A DNA stretch of 64,000 nucleotides from positions 19,476-83,475 of IMG/VR virus record IMGVR_UViG_3300028888_000101; one strand, 5' to 3'. Numbering within the stretch: position 1 is the first letter of the stretch; every line of letters starts with the position of its first letter. The stretch comes from a virus. Lineage: Duplodnaviria > Caudoviricetes. The notes below the pieces were generated by a model. The model saw only the letters and a list, made by a program, of their open reading frames with translations. It ran no database searches and had not been told where the DNA came from. Shown here piece after piece: positions 57,694 to 64,000 of the stretch. Made by a program: the position numbers and the translations under genes.

Positions 57694-57975
57694 TTAAGCA
57701 ATATTCAAAAATTCTTTGCATTTATCAGAAAGTTCAAATCTTTCTGTGTTGTTATTACTATAAAGGTAAACCGTACCTTTAATAGTTTTAAGATAACCTT
57801 CTGTATAAGGCCAGATATAACCAGTAAAAAACCATTTACCTTTACTGTCTTTACTGTAACTTGCACATCTATACAACATGCCTTCTTCATAGAACTTTGG
57901 AGTTCCAACAGTTTCATCATGCTTTGCTTTAATAGCATCTAACTGTTCTCTTGTAATTCTAATCTTCTCTTTCAT
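57694..57975 (-). CDS. hypothetical early protein
   Basis: Directly behind early leader copy 2. Confidence 0.65.
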   Translation of the reverse strand: MKEKIRITREQLDAIKAKHDETVGTPKFYEEGMLYRCASYSKDSKGKWFFTGYIWPYTEGYLKTIKGTVYLYSNNNTERFELSDKCKEFLNIA

Positions 57976-57977
57976 AA

Positions 57978-58042
57978 CTGCCTCCTAAAGCATTTATTCT
58001 GTATAACTATAATATACAATAAAACAAGCGTTATGTAAAGGA
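57978..58042 (-). promoter_or_regulatory. early promoter/leader cassette, copy 2
   Basis: TTTACA-N17-TATATT...AGGAGG; near-identical to 14050-14114. Confidence 0.75.
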
Positions 58043-58082
58043 AAAATTCAGAAAAAGTGAAAATTCTAATATTATAAATACT

Positions 58083-59501
58083 ATGTTAAACAGAGAAGTT
58101 ATTAAAACACTTGATGAAAAAGATTTTGTAACAAGTTTGATTATGAGCGATAAATGCTGCCAGACTTTGTTACCTTACACTAAACTAACCTATTTTGATA
58201 TTGATTATTCAAGAACTATTGTTTCGTGGGTAATGGAATATTATAAGAAATTCAAGAACGCTCCAAAACAGGATATCACATCAGTATACAGAACTCACTG
58301 TGATGAGATTCAGGATGAAGCATTAAAAGAACTTATTCTGAATTATATTCAGGAACTTGGTAAAACAGAAATTCAAATTAATAACGAAGATTATCTTGTT
58401 GATAAAGGAAAAGATTTTATTGATTATAAAGCATTGAAAATCTATACAGAAGAATTAAACGCTTGTCTTGAAACTCGTTCAATGGATAAGGCAAGAAAGA
58501 TTCAGGAAGAGTACAAAAAGATTTCAACAGCTGAAATAAATGAATGTGATTTAATGGATTTAGGCGATAAAGAAATTATCGAAAATGCTTTAGCACAGGA
58601 AGAGGAAGTTTTGTTTACTTTGCCTGGAGCAATGAATGATGTTTTGGGTAATATTCATAGGAATGATTTTATTGCTATTCTTGCACCACCTAAGAGAGGA
58701 AAAAGTTTCGCACTACAATATCTCGCTATTCAAGCTCTTAAACAACGATTGAATGTTGTTTTTGTAAGTATGGAAATGACAAGAGAAGAAGTTGTTCAAC
58801 GTTTGTGGAAAGCGTTGTGGGGAGCTGAGTCTACTTTAGTCAAAGACGGTGTTTATGAAACAAGTAGGTTTGTAGAAGATACAAGTGAAGAAGGAAAATA
58901 TTTTTCTGAACTTGTTGATATAAATGTTAAAAATAGAGGAAAATCAGTTAACACACTCCAAAAGCGTTTAAGAGCAAATAATGGATATCAAGGTCATTTG
59001 AGAGTTATTGCTTATCCTAGATTTAGTGCTTCAGTAAAACAAATAACCGGTCGAATTGATGAGTTGATTGAAAATGGATTTGTTCCTGATGTAGTAATAA
59101 TTGATTATGCTGATATTACAACACCAATCGGAGGTGGAAGTGAATTAAGAAACCAGCTTGATGAAACATGGAAATATCTTGGTGGATATGCTACTCAACT
59201 TCATTGCTGCGTAATAACTGCATCTCAGACAAACCGTTCAGGAATGTCATCAAGTTCTGTAGAAGCTGAAAGTATTGGAGAAAATTTTAAGAAAATTGCA
59301 CATATTACTTCAATGGTTTCTCTTGAGCAAACACGAAAAATGAAAGAAGAGCATATAATGAGAATACGAAATCTTGCTATTCGTAATGGAGAAGTCGAAG
59401 AAACATGTGTTTTCGCTCAGTGTTTACCGTTAGGTCAGTTTGTATTTGGAGAATCTATCTTAGGTAAGAATTACATTGTTCATGATGAAAATGATGAGTA
59501 A
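58083..59501 (+). CDS. dnaB: replicative DNA helicase (DnaB/SF4 family)
   Basis: Walker A APPKRGKS, FVSMEM, VVIIDYAD, TASQTNR, and RNG arginine-finger region. Confidence 0.92.
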   Translation: MLNREVIKTLDEKDFVTSLIMSDKCCQTLLPYTKLTYFDIDYSRTIVSWVMEYYKKFKNAPKQDITSVYRTHCDEIQDEALKELILNYIQELGKTEIQINNEDYLVDKGKDFIDYKALKIYTEELNACLETRSMDKARKIQEEYKKISTAEINECDLMDLGDKEIIENALAQEEEVLFTLPGAMNDVLGNIHRNDFIAILAPPKRGKSFALQYLAIQALKQRLNVVFVSMEMTREEVVQRLWKALWGAESTLVKDGVYETSRFVEDTSEEGKYFSELVDINVKNRGKSVNTLQKRLRANNGYQGHLRVIAYPRFSASVKQITGRIDELIENGFVPDVVIIDYADITTPIGGGSELRNQLDETWKYLGGYATQLHCCVITASQTNRSGMSSSSVEAESIGENFKKIAHITSMVSLEQTRKMKEEHIMRIRNLAIRNGEVEETCVFAQCLPLGQFVFGESILGKNYIVHDENDE

Positions 59502-59901
59502 TATTTTTAGTTATACTTTTAGAACAAGTATGGGTATTCATAATTATTTCTTTCTGAAAGAAGATAAGACGTTGAAAATATATGAATATCTTCCTTTTGA
59601 AAAAATCTCAGATAATGAGTTTATTGTAAAACCTGATTTGAATAAAGAACCTGTTCTTATGACATTAAAGATAAACCTTAAAGAGTTGAAACCTTATAAT
59701 GAGAGTAAGAAATATGTTAATGTTTTTCAAAACACTTCTAAGGAGAATAACGTTATGAATTATGATAAATATGGATTTCCAATTTTCGATGATGATTATG
59801 AAGACGAAATTAAACAGACACAACAAGAACCTGATAAAACTGTAAATATTAAGAAAGAGGATAAAGAAGAAGTACCTAAGGATAAATTTTCTTTATTCTA
59901 A
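59491..59901 (+). CDS. hypothetical protein
   Basis: Overlaps the helicase stop. Confidence 0.55.
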   Translation: MMSNIFSYTFRTSMGIHNYFFLKEDKTLKIYEYLPFEKISDNEFIVKPDLNKEPVLMTLKINLKELKPYNESKKYVNVFQNTSKENNVMNYDKYGFPIFDDDYEDEIKQTQQEPDKTVNIKKEDKEEVPKDKFSLF

Positions 59902-59912
59902 GGAGATTAAAA

Positions 59913-60134
59913 ATGGAAGAAGAATATTATGAAGAAGTACCAACAGAGTATGATTATGAAGAAGAGGAAATTACAGTCGGTGATATTACTCTTATCGTGG
60001 GTGGTGTTGTACTTATCTGCCTTGTTTTTGCTTTAGTTATGGGAATCATTAAAAAGACCTTTAAGAATGTACATCTTAAAATTGGAAATAAAATTGAATT
60101 GGGAGTAGAAACAAAAGATGATAAGAATGTTTGA
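59913..60134 (+). CDS. small single-pass membrane protein
   Basis: Acidic N-terminus, one TM helix, basic C-terminus. Confidence 0.6.
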   Translation: MEEEYYEEVPTEYDYEEEEITVGDITLIVGGVVLICLVFALVMGIIKKTFKNVHLKIGNKIELGVETKDDKNV

Positions 60135-60318
60135 AAAAGGAATAGATGATATCGCACAGATAGACATTAATCCGAAATATTCGTTTGTATCAATCGGAAA
60201 AGAAAATATCGAAAACGGTAAAGGTTTTACTGTAAGAACATTCCTTGTAAACAATGCCTATATGTGTCAGAAGTTATTAGAATCTAAGACGTCTAAAGGT
60301 TGGAGAATCAGATTCTAA
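60118..60318 (+). CDS. small hypothetical protein
   Basis: GGGAG upstream; overlaps neighbour. Confidence 0.5.
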   Translation: MIRMFEKGIDDIAQIDINPKYSFVSIGKENIENGKGFTVRTFLVNNAYMCQKLLESKTSKGWRIRF

Positions 60319-60328
60319 TATTATAGGT

Positions 60329-62074
60329 ATGGCACGTGTTTTTTGGGATGGCGAGAAAATAGTCGCTACAGCTAATACCGCAAACATTGAAAAATTATCT
60401 CAGTTAGCAGAAAAATATAAAGCTGAATGTTTACCTGCTGTAAATGGTTATGCTTTTACCAGAACTATTCAGACAGTTAAAGATTTGTCTACACTAACAC
60501 AAACATGTTTTGATGAATCGTTTGAAAAATTACTTAAAGCTGCAACTAAACAAGATAGAGTAAAACAAGAGTTCATAGATTCACTTAATCTTCCCGAGAA
60601 AATGTATCCGTTCCAAAAAGAGACAGTTGCTCAGATTGTGAAGTGGATGCACAACACATTAATCGCTGGTGAAATGGGTGTAGGAAAGACTTGTATGGGT
60701 TCTGTTGCATTAAAAGCTGTAGGTGAGGCTTACCCTGCACTGATTGTTTGTCCTGCATCATTAAAATTAAATTGGGAAAAAGAAGTACACGAATGGACAC
60801 CTGGATTAAAAACTTATGTTATTAGCGGTCGTGAAACTTATAACGACCTTTATATTTTGAATAGTGCTAAACAGGCTGATGTTGTAATTATAAATTATGA
60901 CATACTTGGTTTTGATGATAAAGAGAGAGTAGAGCGAGAAAAGAAAAGAATTAAACTTGCTAAAGAAGAAGGCAGAAAATATCGTAAGGCGTTTATTCCT
61001 GTAGAGGGTTGGATAAACGCAATCATTAAAGAGATAAAACCTCACGCTATTGTATGTGATGAATGTCAGGCTTTAGGTAATCCTGAATCTATACGAAGTA
61101 GAGCAATTATACAAGCATCGAAAGATAATAGTATTTTGAAATTGTTTTTGTCAGGAACGCCATTTGAAACAAGAGTGCTGCAATTTTATACAATTTGTCA
61201 TATTATGGATTCTGATTTATTTCCTAATGAATGGGATTACAAACAGAGATACTGTGACCCTTATAAAGACAGATTCGGTCATTGGCATTTTGACGGATGT
61301 TCTAATGTTGAAGAATTAAGACGTAAGTTAGCAACATTCATGATTCGTCTTGAAAAGAAAGATGTACTTCCGTTCCTTCCACCTAAACAGAAAATTCCTG
61401 TTTATCTGGATATGGATAAAAAGTCACGTGAGTTGTATGATAAAATGGAAGAGGAGCTTTTATCTCTGGATGATGTACATCAGTTTACATATCTTGCGAA
61501 AATGAAACAGGCGTTAACTGAGATAAAAATAAATGCTGTTATTCAGTTTATCAAAGATATCCTTGATGTTGAAAATAAATTGGTTACTTTTGTATTTCAT
61601 ACTCAGATGTATGAAACATTGATGTCTACATTTGGTAATCAGTGTGTAGGTATCAATGGTGGTCTTTCTGATTTTAAGAGACAAGATGCTGTGAATAAGT
61701 TTCAGAAGAATGATGACATTAAACAATTCATTGGTCAGTTACAAGCTGCTTCTACAGGAATAACTTTAACCGCTTCTCATATTATGACATTTACTGAATG
61801 GGGACAAACTGCCGTACAGATGGAACAGGCATGTGACCGTATTCACCGTATTGGTCAGGAAAGTGATAGATGTCTTTATTATTATCTGATTGTAAAAGAT
61901 ACGATTGATGAAGGACCTATGGAAACACTGACTAAGCATTATAACGATATTCAAGCTGTATTAAATGGTAATACTGATATTAAATTTGTTGATATTGATG
62001 AAAGTATGATTGTAAATGTAAAGTCACGCCGTCTCATGAAAGGACGACAGGGAGTACAAATAGAGTACTCTTAG
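60329..62074 (+). CDS. SNF2-family (HARP/SMARCAL1-like) SF2 helicase
   Basis: YPFQ, EMGVGKT, CPASLK.NW..E, VCDECQ, LSGTP, GITLT and QACDRIHRIGQ motifs. Confidence 0.92.
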   Translation: MARVFWDGEKIVATANTANIEKLSQLAEKYKAECLPAVNGYAFTRTIQTVKDLSTLTQTCFDESFEKLLKAATKQDRVKQEFIDSLNLPEKMYPFQKETVAQIVKWMHNTLIAGEMGVGKTCMGSVALKAVGEAYPALIVCPASLKLNWEKEVHEWTPGLKTYVISGRETYNDLYILNSAKQADVVIINYDILGFDDKERVEREKKRIKLAKEEGRKYRKAFIPVEGWINAIIKEIKPHAIVCDECQALGNPESIRSRAIIQASKDNSILKLFLSGTPFETRVLQFYTICHIMDSDLFPNEWDYKQRYCDPYKDRFGHWHFDGCSNVEELRRKLATFMIRLEKKDVLPFLPPKQKIPVYLDMDKKSRELYDKMEEELLSLDDVHQFTYLAKMKQALTEIKINAVIQFIKDILDVENKLVTFVFHTQMYETLMSTFGNQCVGINGGLSDFKRQDAVNKFQKNDDIKQFIGQLQAASTGITLTASHIMTFTEWGQTAVQMEQACDRIHRIGQESDRCLYYYLIVKDTIDEGPMETLTKHYNDIQAVLNGNTDIKFVDIDESMIVNVKSRRLMKGRQGVQIEYS

Positions 62075-62109
62075 AATTTCTGTTTTATTCCGTATTCTAT
62101 AATTAAGAT

Positions 62110-62709
62110 ATGGAATTCACAGAAATAGAAAATAAATTAAATACCCTAAAGGTAAAGAAACAGTCAAACGAAGAACTGTTGAAAACAAGAAAACAAAGAC
62201 TTGAAGAGATTAAAATTGAAACTGAGGAAGTTCTTAAATCAATTTCTGTTTGTCAGAATGTAGCAACAGAAGTTCAAAAACAACTTTCAGTAAAGATTGA
62301 TACTATCGTAAATCTTGCACTTGCAACTTGTTTTGGAGACGAGTATACCTTTAATCTCAATTATGTACCTGCTCGTGGTAAGACTGAGGTTGAATTCTTA
62401 CTTCTCCAGAACGGTAAGGAAATAGACCCTATGAATCAGAATGGTGGAGGGCTTATTGATATTCTTTGTTTTGCATTAAGAGTTGCGGTATTCAATATCA
62501 GTCATACAGATGACGTTATGGTGTTCGATGAGCCGTTCAGATTTGTCAGTAAAGGTTTAAGAGAAAAGGTTGCAGAAGTTGTTCATACATTCTCTGAAAG
62601 ATTGAACATACAGATAGTTGAAGTTACCCATGTTGAAGAACTTATGGATAACAGTGATAAACAATTTGTAATCAAAAAAATAAAAGGAGTAAGTAATGCA
62701 GAAAACTAA
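62110..62709 (+). CDS. SbcC/Rad50/gp46-like ATPase, C-terminal half only
   Basis: Coiled coil followed by signature-like NGGG..D...FALR, Walker B VFDEPF and switch VTH; no Walker A. Confidence 0.8.
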   Translation: MEFTEIENKLNTLKVKKQSNEELLKTRKQRLEEIKIETEEVLKSISVCQNVATEVQKQLSVKIDTIVNLALATCFGDEYTFNLNYVPARGKTEVEFLLLQNGKEIDPMNQNGGGLIDILCFALRVAVFNISHTDDVMVFDEPFRFVSKGLREKVAEVVHTFSERLNIQIVEVTHVEELMDNSDKQFVIKKIKGVSNAEN

Positions 62710-62950
62710 AGAGAAATGTTGTGCCGATTGTAAGCACTGTATCAGACATGATATGCATGAGTATGAGTGTAAAAAGACAGGCGTAAGAGATAGAATAACA
62801 GGAAAGTATGAATACAAAGAATGTAGAGATGTAATTGATACAACAGACTGTGAATTTAAGGATGAAACGACACAAACAATCGTAATACGTGTTATTACTC
62901 TGGTTGTGGCAATTGGTGTTGCTTTCTTTGTTGGTTGGACTATGTTGTAA
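62696..62950 (+). CDS. Cys-rich protein with C-terminal TM helix
   Basis: CCADCKHC...C...C...C followed by a hydrophobic helix. Confidence 0.55.
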   Translation: MQKTKEKCCADCKHCIRHDMHEYECKKTGVRDRITGKYEYKECRDVIDTTDCEFKDETTQTIVIRVITLVVAIGVAFFVGWTML

Positions 62951-62959
62951 GGAACAGAT

Positions 62960-63172
62960 ATGAGAATTTATATTTACGAGTTAATTATTGCGATATTCAA
63001 TATCATGTGTGGTATTTATCAATTCAGACTTAATCATAAGGTTGCTGGAATAATTAATCTTGTATTAGCCGGTATAATAATTGTACTTTGCATTATAATG
63101 GCTATTCAGGATATAAAGGCATATTTTTACAATAAAGAGATTAGAAAGAGATATGAGGGAGCAGAAAAATGA
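62960..63172 (+). CDS. small 2-TM membrane protein
   Basis: Two hydrophobic segments. Confidence 0.55.
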   Translation: MRIYIYELIIAIFNIMCGIYQFRLNHKVAGIINLVLAGIIIVLCIIMAIQDIKAYFYNKEIRKRYEGAEK

Positions 63173-63519
63173 CAGAACATGAAATTGTTGCTAAAGCTGA
63201 GAAACAGGTAAAAGAATGGATTGCTTACGCAAAACAGGAATATGGCTGGGAAGATAAAGTATTTGAACTTTTCGAAGAACCAATGATAGAAGTTGCTACA
63301 GCAGTTGCCGTTCAGACTACTAAAGATTTACAAGAAGAAAATCGAAGCCTTTTAGAAAGTTGTGAAGGTGCAACAATGATGTATAAGGACTTGTGTGAAG
63401 CTACAAAATTAATTATGTGGCTCAGAGATGAATTAAAAGATAATGATAACTGGAAGGGTGCGTCTGCACTTGCCAGTCGAGTGAATAAGTTTATAGATAC
63501 ACAAGAAGGGAGAAAATAA
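63169..63519 (+). CDS. accessory hypothetical protein
   Basis: ATGA coupling to the upstream gene. Confidence 0.55.
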   Translation: MTEHEIVAKAEKQVKEWIAYAKQEYGWEDKVFELFEEPMIEVATAVAVQTTKDLQEENRSLLESCEGATMMYKDLCEATKLIMWLRDELKDNDNWKGASALASRVNKFIDTQEGRK

Positions 63520-63854
63520 TGAGTGATGACGAATTAATTAAAGAAGCGACAGAAACATCTGCATGGGAAGTAATTCCATTAATTGATAGACCTTTGTTTG
63601 TTCGAGGTTACATAACAGGAGCAAAAGCTAAATTATTTGAATTTGAACAGACAAAATTGCAAAATGCTATTTGTGAAGAATCGTTAAAGAAAGAAAACGA
63701 GCAGAAAGTAAAAGATGATGCTGAGAAATATTCTTATTCTAAAGCAGTTTCAAACCATATTAAATATATTTCCAGAGATTCAGATGTTGTTAGAAAAATA
63801 CGTAATCTTGTAAAGTTGGCTTATATTCACGGGGCTGAGAATAAGGGAGAATAA
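63519..63854 (+). CDS. accessory hypothetical protein
   Basis: TAATG coupling; GYITGA / YIHGAE motifs as in the 10-13 kb accessory ORFs. Confidence 0.55.
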   Translation: MSDDELIKEATETSAWEVIPLIDRPLFVRGYITGAKAKLFEFEQTKLQNAICEESLKKENEQKVKDDAEKYSYSKAVSNHIKYISRDSDVVRKIRNLVKLAYIHGAENKGE

Positions 63855-63857
63855 ATA

Positions 63858-64000
63858 ATGGAACTTTATAGCACGCTAGATTTTTTAAGAGATTTATACA
63901 ACCGTACTCCAAATGAGCATAAATCCGAAATGTTAGAAATGTATAAACAGGCTATGAAAGATACTTTTAAGAATAACAAGGAGCAAAAAGAATGTTCCAA
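63858..64000 (+). CDS. partial ORF running off the window
   Basis: GGGAG RBS and ATG 63858; no stop before the window end. Confidence 0.45.
   Translation, partial: MELYSTLDFLRDLYNRTPNEHKSEMLEMYKQAMKDTFKNNKEQKECS

Noticed and set aside
58083-62074. Inteins or introns in the helicases or primase
   Set aside because: Lengths and motif spacing are normal; no C...HN splice junctions or frame breaks were seen.
1-64000. Stop-codon reassignment (TAG or TGA read-through)
   Set aside because: Long genes are intact and densely packed under the standard code; TAG and TGA end genes at sensible boundaries; the tRNA is Gln(UUG), not a suppressor.

Overview
A 64-kb AT-rich segment of a large contractile-tailed dsDNA phage (myovirus, jumbo-phage-like, distantly T4-like gene order). 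It uses the standard genetic code. The + strand carries a portal and neck region (1-10 kb), a fibre/adhesin region with two GT2 glycosyltransferase genes (14-31 kb), a tail and baseplate module (34-52 kb), and replication/repair genes (DnaB-like helicase, SNF2 helicase, half of an SbcC; 55-63 kb). Interspersed - strand islands, several behind sigma70-like promoters, hold accessory ORFs, DUF932, three homing-endonuclease-like genes, a DnaG-like primase, a ColE2-type Rep, two lipoproteins and one tRNA-Gln(UUG). No major capsid protein, terminase, DNA polymerase, integrase, reverse transcriptase or CRISPR array is recognisable. The host is inferred, weakly, to be a diderm gut/rumen anaerobe such as Treponema. 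The best candidates for new biology are: (1) a ~220-nt repeat-and-hairpin RNA directly 3' of the tRNA; (2) five consecutive fibre genes whose C- and N-terminal motifs match pairwise in gene order, like a daisy chain; (3) three tandem needle-tip cassettes next to glycosyltransferases, flanked by two hairpins with complementary loops. All functional calls come from motif recognition by eye; no database search was run.
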